NCBI GenBank assembly: GCA_030248215.1
Contig: JASANG010001107.1
Coordinates: forward strand, 1 to 64,000
Origin: Enoplolaimus lenunculus
Lineage: Eukaryota
DNA length: 64,000 nucleotides
Direction: 5' to 3'
The notes beneath the pieces are model-generated. The model did not search any database. It was not told where the DNA came from and was given only the letters and a program-made list of their open reading frames with translations. Below, one piece after another: positions 1 to 44,249 of this stretch; the first letter of the stretch is position 1; every line of letters starts with the position of its first letter. The position numbers were made by a program, and so were the translations under genes.

Positions 1-197
1 CTGGTTCTAAGTTTACAATGAAACAAAAACTGCGATTCAGATCTGCGTATTAGTCAAGATTTTGAGTCAGAAGTCTACTTAAGTCATGTGTCTGCAACCC
101 AGTCATTATCGCGTAAACTTTAAAGCCACCGACAAGCAGTCACGCTAAGCACAAAGGCCCAAAATTTGTTTAAATAAGGTATCACACAAATACTTAC

Positions 198-29282
<29,085 letters not shown>

Positions 29283-32200
29283 AGTTGTGTTGGAATAAAC
29301 AAAAATGAACTATAATTCAACCCTCAAGCGTTAGAAGCCGCCGCTGATATTACGCTTCTTACTAGCGTTTAAAGACTTCAAGCCCAAGTTAATAATCGTT
29401 TAAATCACCCAGCGTTTGATATATGATGCACAATGCACAATCGGCACAGGTAACCGTGAATATTTCCGTTTTCAATACAACTGTATTGTGGAACAGCCAA
29501 GTATGTCTGTATTTTTTTTGCTTTCAGCCTGTTTAGACAGTTTTCGAGACACTTTCAAAGAAAACGATCAAGCTCCGAAGAGTAAATAAGCAGCAATCCA
29601 AAGCTGAAACCCTGGTCGCGCAGTAGAAAATAAATTTGAACCAATTTATACAAACGTAGATTCATATAATCGCGTATAACAACACGGGTTTATTTTGATT
29701 CTTCGCTCTTCAAATATAAATATCAATGCAAGTAGTTCGATAAATTAATATGTACAACTTGAATAAATAATTATATATAACCGCAGAAAAATGATAACCT
29801 TGAGGTTCGTTTAATAATTAATATTTTTATTTACAGTCACAGACTTTAGGTATACCCTGAAAAATAATATACCTGGCTTACAACGCTTACCATTCCTCTC
29901 TGCGACAAAATGACTGCAGAAATGACGTTTGTAAACAAATTCATATGCTTAACCCTAAACCGAAGCCTTAGTAATGATAAAATTCGATAATTTCTAAAAA
30001 TGTGAGGGGAACACGTAACAAGAACAACGGCATTTTTTACGATTTCAATGTGTAATGCTGTTGAGACAAGAAATATTTCATTATTTTAACGAACTGTTTC
30101 ATACAAACTTTCAGCTCAGTTTTTAACAGCAATTATTTTACAACGAAAATATTCTGTTCGAAATTTCAGTCAGTTTGATTAAACAATTAAAAATTGTAAA
30201 ATCAAACACAGTGTTGCAAAAACTGACTTTGTTTGTGTTGTGCAAGAACGCTCATGTACGGTACATAAAACCTGGACGAGACCATTTATTATGTGCCAAA
30301 CAAGTTTATAAATGTCAACCACGTATGCGTACAAAAATAGACTCCTGGTTAACGAAGATCCCATGAGGAAACTCAATCCATAACGTAAACGTTGTCTGGT
30401 GCAAATTTAGGCACAAGCGTTCGATTTATTTCCATAAAATCGCTAATCGATACACAACCGTTAACAATTGTAAAACCGACTTTACGACCAAATCCATATT
30501 GAAATTATGTATTCAAACGCAAAACAAAGGTATTGTTTGCTTGAAATAGTCCTACTGGTTCCATCACTCCTATATCCGCCTGTCTTACACTTCCTCAAAA
30601 ATACATAAAAATGCCAAAAGCTAAAACCATCAAACAATGCGCGTAACCTAGTCTTCGGTATCTTGCATGTTGCTTTTAGCAATACGTACGTATATATACT
30701 ATGAGCAACTTCAACCCGCTGTGTGTATCAAACATTTCTACCCAACCAGAACGAGACCCATACACACCACAACCACAATCTTTAGTTCTTACCAATGTCA
30801 AACGTACCATGTGGACTGTCTAAAGCAAACACACCTCGTTAACCAGGGCGCGCGCCCGCTATCGCTTTACAAAACATGACTCAGCCAGGGTCTAAGTACC
30901 AAAATTTCATTTCTGGAGAGAATAACTACGTCTAAAAGGATTTGCAAGTGAGCGAAGCACTTGAGAAAAATTTTCATCTTCACTCTATTCTACAGCCTGT
31001 AAAAGTGACTTTTCTCAAATTTTTTCTGAAGTTTCACGGAGCGTTATATATACACCGCCTACCCCCTTTATATATGTACTGCTCAGAACTAAGCCATATA
31101 AAGCCTACAAACACAACTCGAAACACACCGGCGACAAACTGAAAGAACAGGAGCAGTGTATATCTACATGTTTTCCATAGTACATATACCGAAATCTAAA
31201 GTCGTTGCCGCATTTGCAACGCTCGGCACACAGACAACCCCTAAAGGCGTAGTACATATAGTCTCTTTAGTTCATTTTAGCTTTCGTCGCACAAGAAGAC
31301 ACAAATATAATAATATCCAATACATATGTACACATGAAGCCTATTTGACACACATACAAGGGAACCTAAAAGGGCAGCCAGGACTTTGGAAACTTACAGT
31401 TACATTCTGTAAAGATTTTGAACCGGCTTCTAGTAGGGAGTTTTTGCAAAGCGGGTCAACGATTTCAGTTAGTCAAGACAAAAAATCGGACCTATGACGA
31501 TTGCCCAAGCGAGACAATTTCCCAAACAAGCTACAGTTGTCCAATTCTGAACACAAGGGCACTGGGTACTGGAGGGCCGTGCCCCAAAAAAATTAAGTTG
31601 GTCTTTTGTGCCATTTACAAACCGAATCAACTGCGTCCACAAGAGGGTCACACTTCTGTGAATTCTGATGCGTCATGATTGATCATAAAGTGTCATAGAC
31701 ATCAAAGATTTGATCCATGTGATCCATATTTCATTATGACTTATGCAGTCTAAGAATGTCTGGTATTCTGGCTTCTCCTTTCCATGGAGTTATAACCTTT
31801 GGGCATTTGAAGAGTGGGGCGATTCCCCTAGGTTTAACCTGAGTAAATTTTGATAGCTTTTGCTACACAATATCCACTTGTGGCACGATTTAACGGCATT
31901 TTTGGCTGATAAATGCCTAAAGAAGTTGTGTATTCGAGTTAGAATCTAGGTTATCACCTACTTATGAAAATCGTTAAACTGTATATCATAGAGGATATAT
32001 ATGAAGCCCGCAACTCTGAATGAAACAAGGGGACATCAATCTGGGGACAAACCAAGAGTCGGGGCTTGGCTGTGGGGGCACCCACTTACCCCGGCCAGCC
32101 AAGGAAAGCCCAGATATTTACATAATATAAAAAAGACATCCATTTATATTCGAAACAATATTCAGTCATATGATTGTGGTTTTATTTAGCTACCTTCTTT

Positions 32201-32777
32201 ACATAGCTATCAGGAAATGATTAAACCCTTCCCTCATAGAGTAAACCATGAGCAAACAGATCAAGCCGCATACGCGAAATAATACATATTGAATGGTTTT
32301 TAACAATTGTTACGCGACTAATGTCCAGTACAAGACTACAAAATATTCGCAAATCATGAAAATCCAATCGAAAGGGTTCAAGTATCAAACCATTGTATGT
32401 AGTCGAGCCGAGATAGTAAACGTCCACCGCCCGAAAGTCTGAGGTTCGAATTTCAGCTTGAGATTGTACTTTAGATGAAATACAAAATATTCATGTTGAA
32501 AAAGGTTTAAGGTTTATATAAAGTAAACAATATTCAATTGTAAACATGTTTAAACTTTCGAGTCCATACCCTGCCGGGTGTGCAGTTCAAGAAAAATATA
32601 TTCAATATATTCTAAGTATCAACCCTTCACAGTTTGTTCTCGACGTAACGCTTTTAGATAGCTGGTTGCTCTATTTCCTTCTCTGATGGTTTACTTGCGA
32701 TATGGGTAATTTGCATATTTTCGGCTTCTGAGTGCTGCAATATAGCTTAGCGTGTAAAGGAGGTTGAAGAGGAGCGA

Positions 32778-32965
32778 TGGGCGGTTTCGGTTAAAACCCG
32801 AGACCGAGTCCGAGACGACTACCGAGACCGAGCCCGAGACGACTGTTGAGTCCGGCCAAAATGTCTCGGTCTCGGTCAGGGCGGTTTCGGTTAACAACCG
32901 CGACAGAGCCCGAGATCGAGACTTGACTACCGAGACCGGTCAAAAAAGTCTCGATCTCGGTCAAT
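32778..32965. repeat. GAGACC/GGTCTC-motif repeat, probable DNA-transposon MITE remnant; related bits at 46830-46935 and 47480-47530
   Basis: Multiple ACCGAG motifs in both orientations. Confidence 0.5.
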
Positions 32966-34989
32966 TTTTGGTCATCACCGAAAAACACTAAAATTTTCAA
33001 AATAAAGTATATCTAATGCTTTTTCGCAGTTTTTTCTACTGGAATGCAAACTGCTTTTGATTGGAGAATTGTACAGACAATACAGCTACAGGAACTCAAA
33101 CTATTTGTGTTGGATAAAACTGACTTGCACAATAATTATTTGGCTTCACCATATTTGCAAGTATAAATCAACGTTTTTAGTATACAAACGAAGCTGTGTG
33201 ACCGTGTGCCGTAATGTTTAATCTAATACAATGCTGTTTTGATTAGTCAATCAAATTATTCATTCAATATAAACCTTGCTTAATTTATTGTTTGCAGCGC
33301 AAATCAGTTTTCTCTAATATAGCCAAACTTGAACGCCCAATCAAAATTAGTCTGCATTCCAGTAGTTGTTTGGGTTGCCACGAACACAGTTGTCGTTTGG
33401 GACGTCCCAGTTGCTAACTGGGGCAAATAGCTGTTTGGAACACGACATGTATACTGAAACGAAAGCACTAAACGTACGTTCATACGTATAAGAAAGAAAA
33501 AGAACTAGAATTATTCCATTATAGCCAATATGTACCCTCTGAAAAGCCATGAAACGTTTCAAAATATTTTATTCAGCTATATTTTCTTACACCAAGAAAA
33601 GCTTGGTTGAAAGTCTAACCCTCGCCACATGATTAAATACAAAGCTGTACAACACAATTTTAGCATTAAAAACAGTTGTCTTTTGCAGTAAACCTTATTA
33701 AGCACAAACAAACCTTATTTGGATCGTTTAATAAAGCATAGAGTAATTCAGAAAAGCTGAAACTACCGGAACGTCAACTGAAGTTGATCAGAGCGTTCGA
33801 AAACAAAGTAAATTTTTGATGCAATATTATTGGTGGAAAGATTTCTGTTTTGGTAGTTGTTTATTGGCGCTGTTCACAACAACCAGCATTACAACGACGA
33901 TACAGTTTTTCAACTTTTAAATCCGTTCCTATTTTTTGTATTATCTAATTTGCTTGCGATCGCAATTTAATTCTGATCGACACAAATGTTAGCCGTGCAG
34001 CTTTCGCAAACAAAACTTTAATTTCCACTTTTCTGCGTGCTCGATTTGAAAAAATGGTGATGCACGCAAATTTCAATACGCACAGGTATTCTAGACAGAG
34101 CCCACTCTACATTAGTAACAAAATTTCCGAATGACATATATATCAGAGCGGGAACCGAAATTTGAAAAAATTACTGTAATCGGAAAGTTAAAAATACATG
34201 CCACAAAAAAACTGAAAAATTCATTTTAGTTTTGTTAGCTATATTATTGGTGAAATAACATCAGTTGAAAATAGGTATTTACTTAATCTGCTGCATTTTA
34301 GATTTTCATAACCCACGGAAGTGAAATCTGCATTCGATGGTTTATTTTCGGTGATTGTCAAGGTTTATACACTATACAATGAAATCAATTTTATTTTTAT
34401 TGTAATTTTGTAGTAAGTTTTAATTTTCACCGATCAAAACTTACTACCTGAGTTTTTAAATCCGGTAAAACTTTACCGGAACCGGACTGCCAAAAAATGC
34501 CGGAACGGGAACCACAATTCCGGTTGCACCCTAATATATATTATAATGTGTGTACAAAAAGCGAAGAATAAACAAAACCCGTGCCCATTGAAGCAAGCAG
34601 TTTGTTTTAGTGCCGCTTCTTATCTGAGATATGAAAAGCTCATGCCTCCACGGCACACAAATAGAACACGCCAAACACACTACAAAACTTCTTACTTGCC
34701 ACGACTGCCGAGTTTTATATTTGCGCATAGCCCACGCAAACACTACACTCACTCGTAAGGCCGGCAAAAGGAAGCATGACACACAGTGATACACTATACC
34801 ATGGGCGATTATACATAGATAACGAGGTAATTTAACAAAACTACTTTCTTAAAACAAAATACATACTCTGCCAAATGACAATAAATTAAAAACTAAGTTC
34901 TTTGAGCCCATCGTTCAACAATTTTATTTACAAAAACTATATATACGCATTGATTGCGTAATTATAGAAACATTCTCAATTTTTTCGAT

Positions 34990-35471
34990 ACATGTTTTCA
35001 GTACTAAGGGGTTTTCGTTGCGAGCAATCGGAATAAATTATTTATAATAAACCTTCAAGATCAATAATTAAATAGTTAGCTAATAGATAATTTGCATATT
35101 AGCTTAACTCATAAGCCTAAATTAGTACTTTTAAATTATTTCACTGATAACTAGGGTTACTGAAGGGTTTATGGGCGCGAGCAATTTAAATAAATTGTCT
35201 ATAAACCTCCAAAACCGATAATTGAACAGTTAGCTATTAGCTAATTTGCATATTAGCTTAACTCATAAGCCTAAATTAGGACTTTTAAATTATTTCACTG
35301 ATAACTAGGGTTACTGAAGGGTTTATGGGCGCGAGCAATTTAAATAAATTGTCTATAAACCTCCAAAACCGATAATTGAATAGTTCGCTCATAGCTAATT
35401 TACAGGGTGGAAACCGGAACTAGATTATTATGTCCGAGCTTCGCTCAACATATGTAGTTCTACTACGACCG
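34990..35471 (+). mobile_element. 5'-truncated copy of the HINE-like family
   Basis: Near-perfect 154-bp tandem duplication, then GCTTCGCTCAA and the GTAGTTCTACTAC hairpin. Confidence 0.7.
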
Positions 35472-37293
35472 TTTTCTATAATGACCCCTACAATATATAG
35501 TGTTTCCCTGCTCGGTTTCAATTCCGGTACTATACAATATACATACCACAATCAAGTGAGCCCAAGCAAAGAATTCCAAATAAAAAACATTACGTATGTA
35601 TTTGTAACCGATCATGTAACGAATCTAATCAAAGCAACGTCTTACAGGCTACTAGACTTTTCTTTCAAGTCTGAAAGCAGTATTTCCATAGCAGAAGAAT
35701 GAATTGCACATTTTTCAGAGTCGGTGAAACTAAACAATGCTGTGAATAAATTTAGTCCCCAGACTATTCAAATTTCTGAAATTCTAAACGATAAGCTTCC
35801 CTAACATGTATGTTGTATGTTTTCTTGACTTTCATCAGCAGAGGTTGCAACAAGATAGCTGTACAAAGAAGGTAGACATTCCGCTGTTTGTGCAAGGAGG
35901 TCTAGCCACTACGATAACCCAACACTTTTTAAGTTTGACGATTTATTGGTGTTGGCCTATAGAAATTTTTTTCACATTTTAATAGAATAACTGTAGGTTC
36001 CGAAAAAGGACACGCGTAAAAGTAGCATAAATTGCCCATGTCGCTCTAATTCTGTTGATTCACCTCCGTAGCAATGTACAGCCGGATATCCCGCTCCGGC
36101 TTCAACAAGTAATCCTAAATTACCGTGACTTAATTACTCTCTAGCCGGATATTGATGCATCTGGCTCTGGCTACGGTATTTTTGTTATCAGGTTGAACTC
36201 TGCTCCGTAGGTATAACTCTGTCTCCACCTACAAAGGTCACGTGAACATTCAGAACAGCATGTGTAATTTTTATTTTTACGCTAACCTTTTTCGGAACCA
36301 ATAGTTAATGGCTCAAAAACTAAATTGCACACACTGTTTACAGACCACAAATGTACTGAAACAAAAAATAATCAATGAGAGTATGTATTAATGATTTCAA
36401 ACGCCATACCCCACTACAGCTGTATTTCATTCTTAATCTGGCTTCAACTTGGTTCTATCTACAGCTGCGGCTGTGTACTTCCTACTGCGCATTTGTGCAC
36501 TTCTTCAACTCGGCTACAACTTAAACCTACCAAATAGCTAAATTTATCATAGTGATACATTAAGCTAACAAATTTAATAATCGTAGCCTAAGACGCGGTA
36601 ATACAGAATATCTAAAAATGCAGAGACAAAAAACTGACACAAAGTATTAAAAAATAATATCCTACTCATAGTAATGCCTAGTGACATGAAACTACCAGCC
36701 AAGTAGCTATTCTTGGCTTAATATATATGTAAACGTATATTATGTTGTCGTAGTCATTCATTTCGTAGGTTGGCTACAGACAACATACAATGAATATGTA
36801 TAATAAAGCTCATACCTTTAGTACCGCAGCAAAATTGTAGCACGGATTTGAGTTCTTCATAAAGATATCAAATATCAATACACAAACTAAGCCGATTTCG
36901 CCGGGGGAGGAATTTGTGATAGGGGGAAAATTTACCTGTGGCTAAGGTAATACCTGCGCTTTTTTACTGTTCAATGCTACAGTATTTACTTACATTTCGG
37001 CGCATGGTGCCAGTAATAAGGTAGGCTTAGGCTTTACATTATAGAATTCTAAGTTTACCAGTAACATATACAGCTATTCACGAAAATTTTGCTGCGGATG
37101 CGGTAGGGCTTTAACCCACGACGTACATTACCAGACCGATGCTCTAGCGGATGATATAATCTTTACACTTATCCCCGGTTTGGGGAGTGCTTCGCATTTA
37201 CATCTTGAAACAAACGAAGTTGTAGTTCGGTAGCTTTCGCATTTTTACAATAATGTTTAAACAAAAATTAGGTTTCGGTTCAATATTATATAA

Positions 37294-38433
37294 CCAGTCG
37301 TAGTAGGACTACATTTATTGAGCGAAGCTCGAACACACGTAAGCAATTAAGGTAATATGCAAATTAGTTATTAGCTAACTATTCATTTATCGGTTTTGGA
37401 GGTTTGTAAGCAATTTGCTCGGATTCCTCGCACCCAAAAACCTCTCAGCCACCCTAATAATTATTGGAATAATTTAAAAAGTCCTAATGTTGTCTCGTCA
37501 ATTAAGCAAATATGCAAATTATGTATTAGCTAACTATTCGACAATTGCTTTTAAAGGTCTTTAGACAATTTATTCAGATTCCTCGCACCCAAAAACCCAT
37601 TATTGCTGAAATTAAATTGCTTGTAACCCTAATAATTAGAGAAACATTGTAAAAACGCCTAATTCAGGTTATCAATTATACTTATATGCAAATTATCTAT
37701 TAGCTAACTACTCAATTATCGGTTTTTCGGTTTTAGACGTTTGTAAACAATTTATTCAGATTCCTCACACCAAAAAACCTTCAGTAAACCCTAATAATTA
37801 TTGAAATAATTTAAAAAGTCCTAATTTTGTCTTGTCAATTAAGCTAATATGCAAATTAGCTATTAGCTAACTATTCAATTATCGGTTTGGGATGTTTGTA
37901 AACAATTTATTTAAATTGCTCGCACCTAAAAACCCTTTATTGCTGAAATTATATTGCTTTTAACCTTAATAATTAGTGAAATATTGTAAGAAGTCCTAAT
38001 TTAGGCTTACAAACTATGCTAATATGCAAATTATCCATAAGCTAACTACTCAATTATCAATTTTGGAGGTTTGTAAACAGTCTACGGAGATTTCTCGCAC
38101 CCAAAAACCCTTTAATGCTAAAATTAGATTGCTTCTAACTGTAATAATTACTGAAATATTGTGGAAAGTCCTAATTTAGGCATAATTAATTATGCAAATT
38201 AGCCTGTAGCTAATAAACGGCTGAAAATTTTAAAACCCCAATGCGAGGTTAACACCCTAGGATAATTGGCTTTCAAACAAAAAAAGTTTATGAAAATCAG
38301 TTCAACCGTTCCTGAGATTCTTTTCAGACGGACGGACGGACAGACGGACATCCTCCACCTTTCGACCCCCAAGTACATAACATAAAACGCTTCGCGAAAC
38401 TCCGAGCTTCGCTTGGAGTTTCGCTTCGCTCAA
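37294..38433 (-). mobile_element. DINE-1/Helentron-associated (HINE)-like rolling-circle element with internal tandem repeats
   Basis: Subterminal inverted repeats TTGAGCGAAGC / GCTTCGCTCAA, terminal hairpin GTAGTCCTACTAC, (GTCY)n tract near 38326-38350, ~6 repeats of 154-175 bp. Confidence 0.75.
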
Positions 38434-41400
38434 AAAGTTCGAACTGGAGCGCAGTTTGTGTATGCAACAAAGGGCGGTATATAGTTTCTTCAACCCGTGT
38501 TTGCCCAAAACGATTTGATTTCGAAAATTTTCGCACATTTCGGCTTTCAATTATAGTTTATTAACAAAATTGAAGCAATTGGAAAAACACACAACTCCAA
38601 ATAACAATTTTTTAAACACAGAGTTTCCAATGTTTATATGATTAAGCATAATTTGCAAACAATACCGTAAAAATTCCGGTTCCTGCATCTTTGAATGCAC
38701 GAACAGGAACAGGAACCGCACAAAAAATCAACTCAAAACAGTAATCAAAATCGCGGTGCTTACTTTAAAACTCTGTAACTTTATATTTTAATTACGCTTT
38801 CCACCATTAGGTATATAACCACTAGATTTATAAACAAGCAAAAACCTCTGTGTTCAAACAATATTACCATCGCATTAACTTTTATACAAGACACAACAAC
38901 AATAACAGCAACCACATCAACGACATTAAAATAATCCATTCAGCTTTAGCAAATATAGCATTTCTACAGGAAACCCACGCTCTAAAATCAACCAAACCTT
39001 CATAAAAACCAGCTAACAGCCCATCTGAGCTCGCTGTATTCGCTACGTCTAGCGCAAACAACCTCTTTCATTTCAATCGATAATAATGATATCCAGACAA
39101 CACATTCATTTACTAAAAAACAAAAAATAGTATTAATCCGCACGTCCAAACTACAAGGGCGTAACCAGGATTTTACGGAAGGGAACATACAAATTTTTTA
39201 CAAAACTAGGATTCAACAGTATATACATTCAAAAGACTGTAAAAGAGTAAATTATTCGCCTCTCCGATAAATTTCGAGAAGAAATATATCCTGTTTATCC
39301 CTCCTCTTGCAATAGCCTATACCAAGCTAACGTAAGCTTCAGATCAAAGCTTGTGCCGCAAAATTACAGTGAAAGCATGCGCTACTCCACAACGGTCAAA
39401 CGGCCCATTAAGCCAATACCACATATATCACCAAATGAAAAAATACCAAAATATACTGCAAACAAAAAAGACATACCAAGCATATAAACATGCAAAACGA
39501 AACCGTGTCCTCAAGATATATAAAATACAGTACACACACTCCAACGAGCATCTCTGTCTGACTACATTCAGTCAAGACAATGAAAACTTGCCTCAAAACC
39601 CCATTCGAACTGAAACATCCCAGCAAACCGTGAACCAGTAGGATCAGTTACACCATGCGGTGCTTACCAAAAAAGCCAACCTATAATATACATTTCTATG
39701 CACACAATCTAACCTTAAGCACCAAAACGAAAATGTACATATGCAGCACGCGACCAAAATATTAACTAGGATAATTTCTCTCGATCTAACAAAACGCATT
39801 TCTGCCTCGATAGTGCTCACAAGGCACACGATCGGTTCTTACGTAAATCCATCTATATGTCGTCCTAGCTCAACAAAACCGAACCAACATTGCGCACTGA
39901 CAAAACCCATCAAACATATCTATCATGTCTCGCTAACCCTACTTATAAATTCCATAATATCATTGCTCCCTCGCTAAAGCGGCAACCATGCCTAGGCCTA
40001 CCAATGGCCAGCCTCACAAATTTCGAAAAAAAATTAACTCCAAAACAAGACAAACGTAAGCGAACAACTCTCATCTAAGGTTTAACGACGCTGCAGCCAT
40101 ACTAAAATTTACGACCAACCAACCTAAATGAATAAATCTTCGACTGGGTATAGATGCACTGCGTATTTGGTTCTTTTGATAATTTCAATTCACGAACGAA
40201 TTCACTCTAATTTTAATTTAGACAAAGCTGCCGGCACGAAATAAACAACGCCATTACGACATTAAAAAACCAAACTAAGCATCTGGGCAGTGCCATGTGC
40301 CGAGGTTGTTTAAATTAAAATTATATACCCACACAATGCTGCAGCAAAGGCCCTTAGAGCCAAACCGAACCGCACGCTCATCATTTTTTTCGCTGGCTTA
40401 GTGTATACTTGAAGCTAAAACGGGTAAAAAATTCAATGTAAACTAACAAAAGTCATGAATAACAGACCAGACCGACAGCATGTCTGTGCAATGGTTTGAT
40501 CTACAATTCAAGGTGTTGTGTATACAGATGGAGGGACGAAGGGTATATATCCGATCCTCAAATTCCTACAAAGACAAGAACAAACAGTTTCAACAGGCTT
40601 AGAATAACCTTCTGAATACAAAAGCTCAAAAAATTTGCTATTGGATTCGATTATTCCCTCCCGAAGCCAAATCCTGATTACCCCTTTGTCCAATTCAAAA
40701 GCGATCCAGCAGCATTTCGAAAGGATCTTCAACAGAGCGTAAACGGATAGTAATAATAACAGAAACGGAAACAGTTAGTGATCAAAAAACGAAAACTGAA
40801 AACGGATACTGAAGTATAAAAGTTTCAAAATGTTTTATTTTTCTGCCAAGACAATTGAAGCACGCAAATATTCACTTGGCTTTCAAACGTTTTACAGAAA
40901 AAAATAGCTGATGCACCAAATTTTGATATTTTGGATGAATTTCGTAAATATTATTTCATATAGAACAATTGCAGCAGGGTTCCAACGGAATTCCGATTGC
41001 GGAATTCCGATTTTTCGGTTATGAGCTGTTAAAGTGATTGAACTTAGATTTTGCCTGCTGTTTCGTTTGTTTGTCCATCTTTTTGTTTTATTCTTAGTAA
41101 AGTGTACTCAGTTGCTACTTGAAGAGCATCTAGCAAAGCAAATTATTCAGCTCATTATCAAAATCTGACTGCCATTGAAAATATTGAAATTTACCTTTTA
41201 ACAAATTACAAGATATAAATTTCAAATTCTATTTCATAACGGCAGGCAGTGATGTTAGCTCCACAAGGTTTCAAATATAGCTCGATATTTGGCCGAGCTG
41301 TATCCTTACTGCAATGAATTTAGTTTTTAATACAATTACTAAGACAAAAATTCCGATTCCGATTCCAGTTCTGACAAAAAAATTTATTCCGAACAAAATG

Positions 41401-42713
41401 TAAGTCCGACTGGAATCCTGAATTGCAGCATATTGTAATGAAAAACGGTGAAAAAACATTAAAAATCCCTACATTTAGTTCTCAAAAAAGTACCAAACTT
41501 TTAGCCAAACAAATCGAACGATACAATTTTCTGAAAATATAAAAAAATTTCACACCAAAACGTAGCAACCGCCGGCAAAAATACTACCGGAGCCGAAGAT
41601 AGATTTTCTGCCGGAGCCGAAGGTCAAACTTCTGCCGTAGTCGAAGGCACATCTCTGTTTGTACTTTGATATAGTGTTGTCAAAAATTGAGTTTTTAGGC
41701 TATTTTTTTGAAAAATTCCGGCAATTAGCTCATGAAAACTGTATAAAGAGTTAAAACCGAACGCACTGAATGATACATTTTTTGCAAATCTATGGAAAAT
41801 TTGATTACACAAATTGGCGAAAACTCCAGCAGGAAAATCCTGCCGAAGCAGGAGGCAGATTTCCGGGTGCATCTTGATAAGTACAAACAAATGCTGACTG
41901 CGAGAAGAAACAGATATATACTCGCACAGAAAATTTTGCGTTGACCGCATAAACTCTGCGTCTAAGATTTTTAAAAAATCCTTCAAAAAAATTCTGCATT
42001 TGGATGCGGATACTCGGAGACGGTGAACATGACTGGAATCAAAATGTAAACAGAGCATGAAAAATACCAAAAACGGAGTAATCAAAATGACGAAAAAACA
42101 AATGATTAATACTCCGGTATCAAAATCTTAAACATTAACAAAAAATCAAAAGGCACATTTAGGAGTCAACATGATCCAGGTGCACTAACATATTTTGAGC
42201 AATGCCCATCACTAATCACGATATATTCGTGAACTTCACTGGTTCAAGTCACCCATCATTCTTTCCAATTTTTTAAATGCTCGCTTTGAATAAAACTCCA
42301 CAAACGGAAAACACTTTACTCCGTGAAAACAAGAAACAATACTAACCGAAAGAAATTGTCTAAACTTAATATCTATTTTTATAATATCACCTTATACTAA
42401 AAAGCATAAACTTAGTTACAAATAGTATACTCTTGGATATGACTTAGTTGTAGCTGATATTGCAACAATGAACTTACCTCAGCCTTCACATACCGTAAAT
42501 TACCTTGTTCAATTTGACAAGGTGGTGCTTAATAACCAAAAAAGGTTGCGAGCGAAAAGCCAAACGCAATTCCAGTACTAACTTTCAATATAAAATTTTG
42601 GTAGTGATCCGGCAAAGGTTTGGCAGCCGTCTTGGATCACGCAGCGTTTGAACCACTGAGGCAAACAGAAAACTGAATATAGCAAAAGAAACCTTTCGAA
42701 CAAAAGCAAACAA

Positions 42714-44249
42714 TCATGTTTTTGCTCCAGAGCTCGCCGGAACTGACACTACAGCTTTTCCCATTACACACTCCAACGCTCCTGCAGTTTCTGCCATTAA
42801 TGCAAGCTGGTTTGCCTCTTTATAAACGCGATTCGACAACTTTTCCAACAACGCTAATATGCCAGGAGAGCTGTAGGCCTCGTGTTGATAAATATCAACA
42901 AAAACACCTGCAATATCAACAATGAAATGTGTAAACCGCTGACAACTGAGATATTTTATCAAAAACGCGACAAATTGTTTAAGCTGCGGAGGACTTCGCC
43001 CGGCAAGCGCTTTGCGAAGCGCTCCACGTCGTTGTAGTTCACGAATTAGAGACAATGTCACTTGGGGGCGTTTGTTGATAAAATACGGTGTCAGGGCTGC
43101 GTCTAAAGCCTTAGAGTACTGAAATGACTTCAAATATCGATCGTATCTCGGCAATTTTTCTTGCGGTTTAGATTGTACTACAACATCAGATTGTACGTAC
43201 GCCTCTTTAGCTAGACGATATTTATAACTGATATCGCGCTTTGCCGACTTCTCTTTTGAGGCAACATCGCTATCAACCGTCCTCCGTTGAATAGATATCA
43301 GCTTATCAGCCATTGCCGCAACAACGTACAAATCATCTGGCGAAACAGCAAAATCCAAAATAGGTGCTGGAAAGTCCAAACTACTCACTACCCCGTACGT
43401 TGTGAGATCATGGATTTTCACATGTTTGTCAAGTCCACCCGACAGCAAGCGCTTGTTACCGGTGGCAAACGCCAAACTAGTGATCGTTTTATGATGACAG
43501 CTTAACTGAATCAATTGACGCCCTCCTCCCACGCAATCCCATACTCTCACCACTGTACCACCAGCTGTTGCGAACATCGTATCATTTGGATACATCAAAA
43601 CTGACTCAACGGGACATCCGTGATCGACCGTCGCAACAGACGTTCCTGATCTTCGGTCCCACAGCTTTGCAGTGCCATCATACGACCCGGATAGCACCAA
43701 ATCTCCATTAGTTTCCCCAACAGCGCCAGCACGAACATAATCTATGTGTTCTTCGAATGTGTCCAAGCTCTCTTCGGCTGCGATATCGAACGTCCGTACA
43801 CGATGATCATCGCCAAACGACGCGACTATGTGCGTATTATGTGCAACACTGAATCGTGTCACGTGACACGCACGTGGTGCGTGCGCTCGAAATACACGAA
43901 GTTGACTTTTGGTCGCACAAGAAAATACACGAACAACGCCGTCGCCCCCTCCGGTGGCAAGGAGTTGCCCGTCACGCCGCAATGCCACACCCATTGCTGT
44001 GTCCCGCAGTGGTTTTCCAACACGTTTTGAGACGCAACCGGTGGATGGGTTATAAATGTTGATGTGTGCTGAACAAGCAACCGCGAATAAATACGGTGTT
44101 TGATTGCACATTGATACGGAATCAATATGACCAGTCTCTTGAATGGTTATAGGAAACGAGTACCGTTTCCAGTATAATTCATCTGAGGTCAACGTGTCGC
44201 CGGTGCGAAACTTAGGAGCGTGAATAATTTGAGTACGTTTAAAATCCAT
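42714..44249 (-). CDS. UTP15: U3 snoRNA-associated protein 15 homolog (WD40 repeats plus helical C-terminal domain), intronless, 511 aa
   Basis: ATG at 44249; WD40 repeats with UTP15-typical HIDYVRAG, SGSYDGTAKLWD, DHGCPVESVL, HHKTITSL, SGGLDKHVK; C-terminal YSKALDAAL and ELQRRGALRKALAGR. Confidence 0.9.
   Translation of the reverse strand: MDFKRTQIIHAPKFRTGDTLTSDELYWKRYSFPITIQETGHIDSVSMCNQTPYLFAVACSAHINIYNPSTGCVSKRVGKPLRDTAMGVALRRDGQLLATGGGDGVVRVFSCATKSQLRVFRAHAPRACHVTRFSVAHNTHIVASFGDDHRVRTFDIAAEESLDTFEEHIDYVRAGAVGETNGDLVLSGSYDGTAKLWDRRSGTSVATVDHGCPVESVLMYPNDTMFATAGGTVVRVWDCVGGGRQLIQLSCHHKTITSLAFATGNKRLLSGGLDKHVKIHDLTTYGVVSSLDFPAPILDFAVSPDDLYVVAAMADKLISIQRRTVDSDVASKEKSAKRDISYKYRLAKEAYVQSDVVVQSKPQEKLPRYDRYLKSFQYSKALDAALTPYFINKRPQVTLSLIRELQRRGALRKALAGRSPPQLKQFVAFLIKYLSCQRFTHFIVDIAGVFVDIYQHEAYSSPGILALLEKLSNRVYKEANQLALMAETAGALECVMGKAVVSVPASSGAKT

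Noticed and set aside
29400..42600. Short ORFs upstream of unc-104
   Set aside because: No recognisable homology or phase-consistent exon chain; non-coding exons cannot be called from sequence alone
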